Notes under the pieces: model-generated
Database searches by the model: none
What the model saw: the letters and a program-made list of their open reading frames with translations, nothing else
What the model was told of the DNA's origin: nothing
Translations under genes and position numbers: made by a program
Assembly: GCF_009914755.1 (NCBI RefSeq)
Contig: NC_060931.1
Reading direction: 5' to 3' (one strand)
Source: the human T2T-CHM13v2.0 reference genome, Homo sapiens
Length of the DNA: 64,000 bases
Part shown: positions 24,284 through 38,154 of the stretch, piece after piece
Numbering within the stretch: position 1 is the stretch's first letter
Layout of the letters: each line of letters starts with the position of its first letter

Positions 24284-24357
24284 CCCTTTGGTCTCTAACT
24301 CTTTCTCCTTAAAATTATGCCCCTTTGGTCTCTAACTCTTTCTCCTTAAAATTATGC
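24284..24357. repeat. Perfect 37-bp tandem duplication
   Basis: ccctttggtctctaactctttctccttaaaattatgc twice (24284-24320, 24321-24357). Confidence 0.97.
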
Positions 24358-24442
24358 GCCACCTCCATATAGTCACAGTCAAACAAATTGTATTTGACAA
24401 TATATTAGTCAGAAACAGTGGAGTTTATAGAAGTTCCCATTT

Positions 24443-24750
24443 CTCTCAGTTTGGGCTCCTGGGAGGAATTTTCTGAGATGGAGTTTAGTGTAAAGGAGAT
24501 TTATTAAGCCATATACTTAAGATCAAGACCTGTAGAATGCAGAGGGAGGAGGAGGAGGAGTGGGTGGGGGGAAATTGAGCTGCAATGCAGGCCCAACAGA
24601 AGCCTTGGCCAAACATGGGGAAGCACTGAAACTAGAATAACACTTCAGTTGTGTCCTGAGTTGGAGAGGTAGCCAGGCCTTTAAGTCCTGTCTTGAATGT
24701 TCACGAGATTTGGTCACCTCTGGGAAGAGCATAGCCTCAGGTAAATCTGC
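24443..24750 (-). mobile_element. LTR16-family ERVL LTR fragment
   Basis: tctgagatggagtttagtgtaaaggagatttatt…gagctgcaatgcaggcccaacagaagccttggcc…cttcagttgtgtcc…aggcctttaag. Confidence 0.7.
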
Positions 24751-24819
24751 TTTGTTTCACTACTATACACTAGAGTATTTGTCATTTAATATTAACCAGC
24801 TACAGAATGTTTTCATCAA

Positions 24820-24820
<1 letters not shown>

Positions 24821-24862
<42 letters not shown>
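24821..24862. repeat. (TA)21 microsatellite
   Basis: Read directly from the sequence. Confidence 0.98.
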
Positions 24863-24867
<5 letters not shown>

Positions 24868-27169
24868 TTAGAATTTTGGCCTGCAGAAATAAGTCAATAG
24901 GGCACTCTGCAATTGTAGTCATATTATGTGGAAAGTTAACTATTCAGAATAGCTACAACACAATTGTACATTATGAGAGAATGACAGATGTATTAATAAT
25001 TGAAAGGCTTTCTACCGTAAGTGGGATCATACAGGTTTACTCCACCCTTGAGGTTTAGATTAAATTATTTTATGGCAGGAGATAACACATTTATTAACAA
25101 TTTGGTGACAAGTCCTTCCTCTCATTGTTAGATTTATGTTTTCCACTCAAGTCTTTGCATGGCTTCAGTTTTCTTCACATTGAGCCTAATGTGGACTCCC
25201 AACCCTTTTCTTGGATTTTCACCTAAACACTCATCATTCGTATGAGATATGTGTAGGTGTGACAGATTTGGGGAGACAAAACACTTTGCATCACAGAAAT
25301 AAAACAAACTATTAATAAATGAGCAATTGCTCTAAAAAATGCCTTTTCTCAGCCATCATGTTCAACCATTTTTTTCCCTCTTTCTTTCTCTCTGTCTCTC
25401 TTCTAAGACTCAGTTCTCAGGTATCTGCTCATATATATATATATGTATATATATATTTTCATTTTGCTATACAGATGAATTTAACTTTTTACTCTGTTAT
25501 TTGAAGTTTTTTTTAAAGATGATGCACCATTGTTTTACAGTTCACCTCCACTGGTTTCCAAACTCAGTAGTACAAAAATACAAATAGGCACTGAAATTTG
25601 AATCTTTACTTTTCTTCATCACCTAACAGTCTGTGAGAGCAAGGGAGTAGTGACATAAGGAACTTTTCTTCTAGTAATCTTTACTTCATACTTCTTTGGA
25701 GGCAGAAGTGGCCACAGTCAGGGTTTCTAGAGTATCCCTGTGATATCAAACCAAGACAAAACTTTAGCTCCACCTCTACATCTTCTCTCACTGTCCCAAC
25801 TTTCCTGATGGCATTCATGTTGAGAGAGAAGGAGAAAGGCTGTGAGGTAAATTAAAGTGAATGAAATATGCAAAGATAAAAAATTGTTTTCAAATGGCTT
25901 AATAAATAATTTATAGGAGGTTGTCTTGCTTTAAATTGAGGAAGTTTAGTACAGGTAAAATTAAAAAGCAGTAAGTGGAACCAAATAATTTTTTTTTCAA
26001 TTTAAACATAGAAATTAGAATTTCAAAGATAGAATAATATGACGTGTTTTAGGGAAGATTACTCTGACATTTGCATGCATGGTAGACTACAGTGAGAAAG
26101 GGAATACACATTTGAACTGAAGCCTTATGAAGGAAAGGAAAGCAATAACTATAGCTACTTTTTGATCTTCAAATTTTTTTTAATGAAGAAAGGATCACAA
26201 ATTAGAAATATAGAGAAAGAGTTCATAAAACCACTCATGGTAAGTAACTTTTAGAGATTTCAATGAAGTGAATTTTTAGGATTGGTCTTTGAACCAAATA
26301 TCCCTAAGTCTAGATACAGGAAACTAACCATCCCTAAGTCTAGATATAAGGAAAATAAGGATCAATTCACAGTACTTGATTTTAGTCATAATATTATTTT
26401 AACTCAAGTGTCTCATACATTACAATTTTTGAAGACATTTTCTATCAAGATTTTTCAGGACGTTAGTCAAACAGAATGTGGCTAAAACTGATTTGTGCAA
26501 TCAACTGTTAGTAAGTATTAAGTATTACTAAGTATTAGTAGTAAGTGTTACAGACAAATTTGTTTTTAATTCATGTACCCTATGCTGCTATAAAAGTGTT
26601 TAATATTTTCTAACAGCTATAGTTCCTATTCAAAATGTCTCATGAGAAGCTACTTAGAAGAAGGCTTTCTGAATAGCTTATCATAGGAATGATAAGCTCA
26701 TATTTACATTTTTTCCACATACTTGCATTAGTTAGTGACTTTATAAAATTATGTCAGGAGTTGTGTGCAAATGGTTAGTGACTTTAAAATCATGACTTTA
26801 AAAAATTGATAACAAGGCTTATTTCTTGTATATAATGTTCATTAGCACTACCGAGGATTAATATAGTATTTTTCACAATAATAGAAAAAGAAATAATTGA
26901 TCAAATATATTCTAATTATCAAGGTAATTTTCAGAAATGATAATTTGTTTTTCCTGAGTTTTGCTAATGTTTGTCATTTCAGTGTGTGTTCAAAATACAC
27001 CAGCTACTTCATTTTCAAGGAATCTCTGAAAGTCCATTATTACTCTTGATTTTCCACAACACATTTATTGAAATTACAAAGCAAGGAGTTATTTTACTTT
27101 CTAAATGGAGAATTCTTAAATTATCTTAATTCAAGTTTCTGTGACAAGCAATTTCTATGAAGCCACAAC

Positions 27170-28450
27170 AATGAAGACCTCTGCTTTTGGAAATGGTGAA
27201 TCACTTAAGACCAGCCTTCCCACTGAGAACAATCAGAAAACTGGTTAAATAAGTAAATAAAAAAAATGTGTGTGTGTTTGTGTGTGTGTGATAGTATCAG
27301 ACAGTAACCAAAGCAGTAAGGATACACAGAGCCTAGTTGTCAGAGAAGAAGAGATGAGAGAGGTGAACTTAATATTTGGTGCAACTGTCCCCCTTCAGGC
27401 ATTTGCCAGTTGGAAGGAGATTATTGAGATATTGATAAAATGAGTAAATCTTACATCAAATTCATGGGCTTATATAAATAAACATTATAACACAGATCAT
27501 GCCAAGGAAAAAAAAAACATCCAAGGATTTCAGTAAGGATCATGAAGGGACACACACATTCACAGAGACTAAAGCCCATCTCCAAGTCCAATATTTGAGT
27601 GGATTAAGGTGCTCAACTCTTACTGACATGCCTGCTAGAAGCAAACATAAACATACTTGGGAAAAAAATATCATAATCTAGAGGACCAGATGATCACTAC
27701 CTTTTATTAAATCTACCATGTTTGCCCCCACATTAATTACCATGCAAAACACAAGATTTGACGAAAGTCAAGTTAAAAATATATGCAAGAAACAGACCAT
27801 AAGAAGCTTGGATATTGAAATTATCTTACATGATTTTTCGAATAAACATCAAGGAATTCAATGACAAAATACATAATTTTGCTACAGAAATGGAAATTAC
27901 AAAAATATATTGAAGAGAATAAGAATATATATAAATTATTAATTTTTATATTAGAACATAATGGGTAGTTTAAGAACAGAAACATAATATTGATGAGGAC
28001 GCCTCTGAATAAAAGATTGGTGAAAATTTTACAGCCTGAAGTGCAGAAAGAGAAAGAGCTATACACAGCACACACACAAGATTCTAAGAAACACACATGG
28101 TCCAACACATATAGTCCTAGAAGGAGAATAAAAACTAAGGGCAGCAGCAATATTTGGAGATACAATGGTTATGAAATTTCCCAAACTGACAAAAGTGGGC
28201 AAGCTGCAAATTCAAGGTGCACTACCAGCACTAAACAAGAATGCAGCAACAAAAACAACCAGTCAACCAAAAAACCTCATGCACATCATAGTAAAACTGA
28301 CAAAGAAAAGTAAAACAAAACAAAACAAAAATTAAAAGCAGGCAGAAGAAAATATGTAATATTTAGAACATAGCAAAATTAATATAACTACCAACTTCTC
28401 AACTAAATAAGTGGTAGTAAAAAGAAAGTGAAAAATTCATTCATAGATAA
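27170..28450 (+). mobile_element. Ancient L1M (L1ME-type) 5' UTR and ORF1 remnant
   Basis: cttcccactgagaacaatcagaaaactgg…; ORF1-like gtcctagaaggagaa…caatatttggaga…aatttcccaaactga…cacatcatagtaaaactg…aacttctcaac; (TG)n at 27267-27290. Confidence 0.7.
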
Positions 28451-29369
28451 AAAGACTAATCTTAATATAATAATAATGGAAATTATTAGAATCCCTAAAT
28501 TTCAAATAAAATAATCTTGAATTCCTGGGAAAATATTTTTATTTTGTTTTGCCAAAGGCCTTATACTTTTCAAGTATTTCCTAAGATGCGTAATATCAGA
28601 AAAAAATATATAAGCAAATTTCTTTCCATGTGACCAGTTTAAGAAATCATAAACTCTGAAAAGCCAAAATGCATTCAAAAGAAAAGACAATTTAGAAAGA
28701 AAATTCAGGCATCTATTATTTCTATCTTAGATTTAAAAATAAACCGTGAATGACAAAACTAGACATTCTCTCTGTACTGTTACTGAGAAATAAAAAAGCT
28801 GAGCTAACGCATACTCAAAAATACAGATGCCAATTTATGTAAAACACTGTCTGACAAAAAGAAAGTGAAAAAGAAAGTGAGTTTAAAAGTTGATTTACTG
28901 TGTGTTTATTCTAAACGTAAAAAAATAAAAACAAATGAAACCATAATAATTTTGTTTGTAATGTTACCTTAACTAAAACCCTTCACAGTTTACATATGCA
29001 AGATCATTATTTTATCAAAACTTGTAATTACAAAATAAACTTTGAACTTGTACAGTCTGCATCTTCCAAAAATACTTTTTAAGCCTATCTTTATTCTAAT
29101 GAAGAATCATTGACAATAATCAGAAGATGGCCTGATGGAATTTATCATATGTATTCTGTATATTTTCTTCAGTCTTAACATGTTCAGTCTTAACAGTTTC
29201 TCTCTCTCATTAAAAAGGATTGAATTTTAAAAGGCAGGACATTTTAAAAATTACTTTAAACCAGTTAATACTCATTGTATGCATGTATATGGCTGAGGGT
29301 CACGGTAGTTGGATTCCCAAGGCTCATAAGGATGTTTTAGGCATGTATAAGCAGAAGCATAACACATCA

Positions 29370-29900
29370 TTCATTGCCAGTGGTACACTCCTGTGTGTGC
29401 TCTTGAGTCAGAATAATCTGAATAATCTGTGTTCAAATTTGTGCCCTATGATTTATAAACTGTGTTTTCTTCATTTACATCTAAAGTCTCAGTTTTCTCC
29501 TCTATAAAATAATACCTATGTCATGTTGTTTTGTAACGATTGAATGTAATAATTCACAAAATAATCTACTTAATATAGTTCCTAGAATATAATGCACACT
29601 AAATTCATATAAGTTGTTTTTGTTATTGGATTTTTCTTCTTATTATCAAATATAGTGAAAATCACAGACCCAGTCCTTTCCACATTTTAAATGGTTGAAT
29701 TACAAGTCATTAATCTAATTGGAAAACAAATAAGACTTAGTAAAAAAAAGAGGAATGAGTTGAGTTCAACCAATTTATTAGCATTTGATCTTTTGCAATT
29801 TACTTAATTTCTCCAATAATTGTAAACTAGAAATAATAATAATAACTTGACTCATAGCATGAATGAGAAATATTGTGGTGGTGCTTAAGATACTAAAGGA
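29370..29900 (+). mobile_element. Two MIR fragments (about 29370-29620 and 29745-29900)
   Basis: gagtcagaataatctg…gttcaaat…tctcagttttctcctctataaaataatacc; gagttcaac…tttacttaatttctc…taataataataac. Confidence 0.6.
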
Positions 29901-31434
29901 CACATAACAGAGACTCCGTTATTGGTAAGTTTCTCTCTCTTTTAAAAGTTTATTCAATTCTATACCTGACAAAGAGACTGTTTTTTCCTGTAAGTGATAA
30001 AATTTTTGAGGTAAAACTTGGTCTCATGTACATCAACCGCCAAATGTCATTTTGAAAAACAAATAATTGGGAAGGATAGACCGGCTTATGAGTATTTTTA
30101 AAATTCTAATACAAATACAGTTTCCCAAAAAAATAAACTATGAAGCCTTTATAGAAATAATAGCTATATTGTACACATACTTTTGAAATTTTCCTTAAAT
30201 TCACAATGAGACTGAAACTGGGGTATGAGCCTAAGGTTCTCAAACCCCATTTTGTTCACAAAATTTTTATGCTTAAAGCATTGGACAAATAAAATTTGCA
30301 TCAGTGATTCTGATTCATAACATTCACATTCATAGCCTTAATTGGTTGGATTTTACTCAAAAGTTAAAGTTGCTTGATAAGGATTTTAGCTTAGGGAAGT
30401 TTTTTACAATTCACATTACTCCATTCAAATAATTTCTCTTTAGGCTTTTGGATGGGTTTGGAGAGACAAGGAAAGAAAGATCACCAATTATGTATTCCAC
30501 CCATGGCAACGGGGAATTTATTTGGGAATTTATAGAACAAAACAATGATTATCTTAAACAAATGAAGATTTAATACAGTGTTTAAAAATGTGTTGGTTCA
30601 TGTTCTAATTGGAAAATAAAATTTGCAATTAGCAAAATTATATTTCCATTTAGACACTACAAAATAAGACATATCCAAGTGTACCCAGGGAATCTTTCTT
30701 TTGATTATTTCTTTTGCAAATCCATTAAGCTCATACAACCTTTGCAAATAATGTGACTGATAATTTATGATGTCTATGCTTTAATTATTAGATAAATGGG
30801 CAGATTAAAAAAATAAATTACTCCAGCTAAACTTTATTTGACAAGTATGTTTAATTTATACTGTAGTACTTTTAGTCTAATTTATATATGTTATTTTATA
30901 CACATATATAATATAATTAATTATAGACACTTGACTATATTTTTCAAAAAAAATTGATTGAGTTTGTACTGCAGATTTGTGTGATTGAAAAGTGTAGTTT
31001 CACAATGTGTACCTAAAATGAAAATAATGTTTGGAAAAAATAATTACTTTGAAACATTTCTTAATTCTTAAAGTATTGAGATTATACATGTCACTTGCCA
31101 ATAACATTACATCATGCTGAGGTGGGCTTGACGTAGTTGTAGACCTGGACCACGTAACTAAAGTTACATGGTCCTTGAGTCATTGAGTCATTGAGTATAA
31201 TGGCAGTGAGAGTCTCTCTCTCTCATTCTGTTGCACCCTTGCTCGCTCTTGCTGTTTATCTCTGCTGATTCCATATAGTTAAATATGTGATTGTTATATT
31301 TCCACAGTAACAGATATAGTACCATGTTTTTGTATGTGTGTGCTATTCTAGTCCGTACTGAAAGGTTACAAATCAGAGTTTAAACCAAATTGCAGAAAGC
31401 AAGGTATAATCTAAATGTAGCTTTAAACATCAAC

Positions 31435-31503
31435 ATGTATGTATATACACACATATATATATACATGTGTGTATATATGTGTGTATGAATATATACACAT
31501 ATA
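31435..31503. repeat. Compound TA/CA/TG alternating purine-pyrimidine repeat
   Basis: tatatacacacat…atgtgtgtatata; self-complementary. Confidence 0.85.
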
Positions 31504-32563
31504 GCTTTCTTCTCTTCCCAAAAGTCCTAGCCCTGATTTTGACACTTTTAATGTGCTGCAGAAAGCTGAAAGTGTATGAATAGTGATAAGATTTGTGTTT
31601 TTAGCTTTATAAAACATTAGGTGGTTTATAGTTAGGTTTTTAACCTTTTGAAAAATTTAACCTTTTTTAAAGTGCTGAATTAGTGCACTGTAAGATTAAA
31701 AAAAAACATAAAACGTATTAACTCTTGAAATCTAATATATGACTTGACCAAATGATGATAATATCTGTTCTAAGAACTAAGGTAGTTTGGCCTTTGTGAA
31801 ACCCCTAGGTTCATATTATGCATGCAGTACCCTGTGTAACTTTTAAGGATGACTAGTCATGGAATCTATTATCTATTCCCATTGAACATGATATTCTAGC
31901 ATAAATTAGATTTTTCAGATTTCATACAAGGTGAGGTTGGGTAGATGTTTAACTGTGGCAAAATATTCAAATATTCAGGTCTTTATAAAGCCCATGATAA
32001 ACTATTATCAGTAAATGTACTATTTTACTAATTTTTTAAAGCAGAAATATCCTATACTTGCCTGTACTCTGGCATTAGAAGTTTTAAGAATGTTTGAAAT
32101 GTAGAACTTTCTTACATAAATACTTTTTTCATCCAAAAAAATTTAATTAACATATAGAGTGTGCAATAATGAACATCAAATCAGTATCTTCACACTTGCT
32201 CCCAACTTGCTTATCTAAATTATTTTACTCAACCGAGTCTTGAGATCTTGTAACTTCTTGCTAAATGTGCGATTTTTAAAATATTCTATTTTATCTTATT
32301 TTATTGCCAAAGGTCTGCTTTGTAAGCTTCAGGTCATGTTTCCCCCCAAACTCTAGGTAAAATATATCCTTGGCTGTGTGCTTGGTTCATTGGATCTTTT
32401 AAAATTGATAACTCACTATGTAAATTTGAACAAAAAGGAAAGCGGATGATACTATTTCTTTCTGTTATGTTACACCCCTGTAGACTTTCCTCAGCGTGCC
32501 TTTCTCTTATATCTCCAAGGTATCTGTTCTGCTGATTAGTCACTTTTGGTCTTTCTGAAATCT

Positions 32564-32567
<4 letters not shown>

Positions 32568-32609
<42 letters not shown>
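32568..32609. repeat. (CT)21 microsatellite
   Basis: Read directly from the sequence. Confidence 0.98.
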
Positions 32610-32610
<1 letters not shown>

Positions 32611-33974
32611 GGCCCCTCTTATTTCTAGTTATTTCTTGAGTAAACCTTTCCTCTTATCCAATTCTTAAATTTACAACCATAGTCATGTTACCTAAAGTGA
32701 CGAATTACTTGCAAATTTTTAGGAAACGTCTAACCCCAACTTTCTAATTATAATTGATGCTACACTCTTGTTTCGTGTTGTAGCTTACATATACTAAAAT
32801 TAGCTAATCTAGAGGGAATCTGAGAGTCCTACTTAGTGACAAATAACTGAGTTTTATTACCAGAAGAATAATTGAGTATGTACATTTATAGTAAATCAGT
32901 TATGTACATGGTATTGAAGAACTGGGGAAAGAGAACTGTAACACATTTGTTCCTGCTAATAGACGTGATTCAACCCTTGCTGAAAATTCTCCTTACTCAG
33001 AATTTTGGCATTCCATTTATATAAACGGCTGTTCCACCTTAAATTTCTGGTGAGATACATTCGTCTTACAATATACAATAAAATGTAAGGAAAAATGCTG
33101 TATTACTAGCTTTCAAAATGTGCAGTATATAAAACAGATGGCTGAAGCACACCAATACATCCATTGTGAATACCAGGCTGTCACCACACCTCTGGCACAT
33201 CTCCTGCAAGCCCTACTTCATCTGTCATTATTAATACACTTCATTTTAAAGAGACATAAGACAGAGTAGACCACGCTCCTGAATACATTTTCCTGCTTAA
33301 AGGCCTCAAATGTGCTCCCATTATTATTTTAAGTAATTAACTCATGGTATTGGGCAGGTTCTGGCCCAGAGATAAACTTTAATGTCTTCTCTAATGTTTT
33401 AGTATCTCTGGTATGCAGGTGATAAAAAAACAAAGTCCACATTCTAGATAAACCTTGAACAACTCCCTGAAATAAACTTACTCCTGTTGAAGAGAGCTGT
33501 CATTTTCCTCTCATCTCTTGGGCAGCAAGATTTGGGAGGTCTCCTTTCAAATTAACTCTAGAGGACTATGTTCATTGCTCATATGGGCTACGTTTACTGA
33601 CTTAAGAGCTTGTGCTCCACCAGTATCTGCCTCTCTTAAGTGCTGACAGATCTGCAATTCCAAGTGGGTTTTAAAATTCAGAATATTCTATTTTTTTTAA
33701 TAAGATTATTGCCACGAAAGGGGCCGGCCACTCAAATATTCAAAGAGAGTACAATGAAGATGCAGCCTATGAAATTGCAGTTTTGTTAATGTGGTTATTT
33801 AATTTCAACCTTGGACCTTGAAAATAACTTATACTAGTTCATTGGAGGAGTTCTGAATTGTGAATTACAATTACAGAAGTTTTCATAGAGATACTTTTTG
33901 CAAAGGGCTTATTATTTGATAAATTATACTTATTTTATGTATTAACTATATAAATGATTGCACTTCCTATGCAA

Positions 33975-36512
33975 CTTATGAGACCAACATGGCCCTGATA
34001 CTAGAACTTGATAACAATATTACAAGAAAATATCATAGGCCAATATGCCTCATAAATATGTCTAAAAATTCTTAATTAAATATTACAAATGAATCAAACA
34101 ATATATAAAATTGATAACACATCATCATCATAACCAAGTGGGACTATTCCCCAAATTCAGTTAAAGTCTACATAGTAAACCTCATTAACAGAATTAAAGA
34201 GAACACCATTTTTAATCTCACTAAAGAAGCAGTATCTCTTTATAATATAAAATTTATCTCAGTAAATTCAAAATGTAAAAGAACTTCCTCCTTCTAATTA
34301 AGGGCAAATATGAGAAAAAATTTTAACATCGTAATTAATTGTGAAATATTAAATATTTATCATTGGCTATAAATAATGCAAGGATATTTGTTACACTTGC
34401 AATTAGGCAAAAATTAGAAATAAAGAATTAAGAGAAGTAAACTTTCATTGATTACAGATGTTATGACTTACACATAGAAAATCTTTAAAAATATATAAAC
34501 TATTACAAATAATAAATGAAGTTAAGAAGCCATGAGGTACAAGATTAACATAAGGTACAGTTATTTTGTTATATCTAATAGCAATAAACAAAAAATTATT
34601 TTAAAATATGCTTTAATAGTAGCATGAAGAAACATCTGATGATGAGGAATGACTAATAAAAACTAAATAAGACCTCAATACTGACTCTGTGAACAATGTG
34701 AAAATAAATTAAATACATAAATAAAAACAAAGATAAGCCATATTCATGGGTTGGAAGATTCTGTATTATTATTTTGATTCCCTCTAAATTGATTCATACA
34801 TTTAGCCATATTCCTGATTAAAATTTCAAGAGGCTCCTTTGAAGAAATAGACAATTCTAAAATTACATGTAGGTGAAAGTATCTAAAATAGCCACATCCT
34901 GAAAAAGAATAATGAATTATTTTATATATATCTTATAAATAATGTAATTATAAAATATACCACCTGAATTAAAGGTTCACTATAAAGCTACAATACAGAC
35001 AATGTGATCTTGGCACACAGGTAAGCAAATACATCAGTGTAGCAAACTAAAGAGTTTTGAAATAAATCTATCATCTATCTATGTATCTATCCATGTACCC
35101 ATGTACGTATCTATCTATTACAAATAACACTATTATTGCAAATAATAAACTATTACAGATAATAAATAAAGTTAAGAAGACACAGGATACAAGATCAACA
35201 TAAGGTACGCTTATTTTGTGATATCTACTAGGAATAAACAAAAAAATTTAAATTGCTTTAATACTAGCATCGAAAAACATATATATGGGGTCAAAGGTTT
35301 TTCATGAAAGATGCCAAAAAAAAAAAAAAAAACCTCAATGGAGAAATGACAGTTTTTTTAAAAAATGCGGCTGAACAACTGGATATTTATGTAGGGAAAA
35401 TGATTATTGCAGTCTATACCCCCAAACTTGAGATAAATTGTTGATCTATACATAAATCCCAAACCATAAAACTATCAGAAACACAAAAGAATATCTTCAT
35501 AGCTTTATGCTAAGAGAATATTTATTGACAGAACACAAGAAGCACAAATCATAAAAGAAAAAATATAAACTGGAATTTATTAAAATTAAATTTTTTTCAA
35601 CCATAGAAAGATGTCATTAAGGAAATGAATAAACAAGTGACGGACTTGGGAAAATAATCACATAGATCAGACAAAGAACTTGTGTACAGAATACATAAAG
35701 AACTCCCATGAATTAGCAATAAACAATTTAACAGTCTCCAAAATGGTCAAAAGACTTGAATACATACTTTATAAACATAAGATACAAGTGGGCAATAAGC
35801 ACATGAGAAGTTGTTCACCATTATTAGCCATTAGGGAAGTACATATTAAAATCACAATATAATATCACTACAAACCCAGTAAAATGACAAATAAAAATGA
35901 CTGACAATAACATATTGATGAGAATTCCAGTAACTTTCATATTGTTGGTGAGAAACTAAGCCTATGAATTACTCTGGAGAACTGCCAACAATTTTTATTT
36001 AAAATTGAGTATACATCTGCCATATAACCAGGCAATTCAACTTTTGGTATTTACCTAAAAGGGATGAAAATATAGCCACACAAAAACTTGCACAAGTAAG
36101 TTCATAGCTTTATTCATAATAGCCCTTAGTTGGAAACTTTCCAAATGCCCATCAACAAAAGATAAACAAATTTTGATACAGCCGTATTATCTAATATACT
36201 GAGAAGTTAAAACAACAACAAAAGGAATAAATTGCTGAACACTCAACAATAGGAAAAATCTCAAAATATTACGTAAATAAATGAAGCCAGATGCAAAAGA
36301 GTACAGAGTGATTTCATTCCTCTAAATACAAATACAAAAAAAAAAACAACTAATCTATGTCTTAGTAGTTATGATAATGACATGAGTCTACTTTCTGGGG
36401 GCTTGTAATTCATGCTCAATATTTTCATGAGAATGTTCGTTACATATTGATCAAAATATTGAACAGTTAAGACATTTTATTGCTGGCTAACTGTATCTCC
36501 ATTTAAAAAAAA
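33975..36512 (+). mobile_element. Ancient L1ME-type ORF2 3' portion and 3' UTR, heavily decayed
   Basis: Collinear L1 landmarks: ccctgatactagaac…ggccaatatgcctcataaa…tattcatgggttggaaga…ttagccattagggaagtacatattaaaatcacaat…gaagccagatgcaaaagagtaca. Confidence 0.8.
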
Positions 36513-37049
36513 GAACAGCGTACCATTTAGAAAATGGATGATCTAGTTTGGAAAACTGAACTATTTGATACTGTATATAGAATCACCACAAAATGTATTT
36601 TTTATATTGAATGTATGTCTATATTATTTTTAAAAAATCCAAAAATTCTCTTTCCTATTTTTGTATATTTTTATAAAACATTTATTTTCTCAACTTTCTT
36701 ACTTCTCTTTGTAATACAAACTCATTGTAAAAAGGAAACTTAAGCAACATAAAAGTTAAAAAACAATACTACAACTTGGAGAACAAAATAAAACAAAGAA
36801 GCAAACAGAAAACCTCACTATTAACCACTTGGTGGATAGCCTTTCGGGTAGCACTCTGAGTAGTAGACAGCTTGATGGGTAAATTCAGATTAAAATGTGT
36901 TCATTAACACCAACACAAAAAATAAAAATGAATTGACTTAACCAACTGTTTGCAGAAATAAGAATATACAATGAGAGATAACTTTTAAATGAATAAAGGT
37001 ATTATTTAATTAGTATTTAGACAAGCTTGCTTTATGACAAGTGGTTCCA

Positions 37050-38062
37050 ATGGGACATTTGAAACTATACTCTAAAACCTCTTTAAATCTCTTTTTGTTC
37101 CCCTTAGAGATTAGCCTACTCTATGGATGTTTTACATCCATCTCTATGGACACTCATTATAACTTTCCTACATTTACTCCTTATGTGTTGAAGTTTTCCA
37201 GGGACCCTCCTTTGATCACTTTAGTACTCTCCCTTGGTGATGTCATCCACAAAAACAGAACTCATAAACACTCATACACTGAGGGTCTCAAAATGTGTTT
37301 CAAGCATAAATCATTGCTCGAGGCTTGGAGATAGCACTTTACTGTCCACTGGCATTAACAATTCAACATATTCAAAATAAACCCTCTACCTCTGCGCACC
37401 TGCTTCTTAGCCTACCTTTTTTCACTTAACAGAATAAATGGCATAAACAGACACTTTCCCGTACATAACAGAAACTAAAGAGTCCTCTTTATTTCTTTAT
37501 TTTGATTTTTTTTTTTACTCCTTAACAGCCATACACCACAACCTTCCCAACCTATTTTCTGAATTTCTTATAAACAAATTTTCATTCTCCCTTGCTACTG
37601 ACACTACATTAGTTCAAATCCTCAAGCTTTCTCTTGCCCCTGGTCAATACACTAATAGTGTTTTTTCTTTTATCCATTGGCTTCTTACTGGGTCTGTGTC
37701 ATCTTCCACTAGTGAAAATATAAGAAGGCCATTTTCTATTTAAATCTGCTTATTACCCATTGTATTTTGGTAATTCTTACTCATTCTAAGAATCAGAATT
37801 TGCATCACTTTCTCAATGGAGCTATCATTTACATTCCTCTTCTAACTCTAGCCTAAGGCAGGGGCCTTCTCCTTTGACCTAGTAGCATTCTTTGCATATC
37901 TTCTCAAAGCACTTATTAATCAAAATAATTTTCATTTGTCTATCTTTGCTTCTTTACATTGTCCTCTTTGATGACATGAGCTTTTTGGCATCTCTTTATA
38001 GTTAGTGACTAACTCTAAAGCAGTACATGGTAGATTTTGAAGAAATATTTTTAAATGAATGC
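37050..38062 (+). mobile_element. L2 LINE fragments
   Basis: ctcccttggtgatgtcatccac…attcaacatattcaaaataaaccc…catcactttctcaatggagct…agaaatatttttaaatgaatg. Confidence 0.6.
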
Positions 38063-38154
38063 CATATATTGAAACCATTTTTCCAAATAAGCATACACCT
38101 ACATTAACACAGTAATGTTGAAGATTAACAGATAATTTTAGTCCTTCATATTGA

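Noticed and set aside
27821-28313. Overlapping 114-aa and 107-aa ORFs
   Set aside because: They lie in decayed L1 ORF1 sequence; low complexity.
27170-36512. L1M 5' piece (27.2-28.4 kb) and L1ME 3' piece (34-36.5 kb) as one split element
   Set aside because: The 5.5 kb between them is MIR-containing and unique sequence, not a single younger insertion; I cannot link them.
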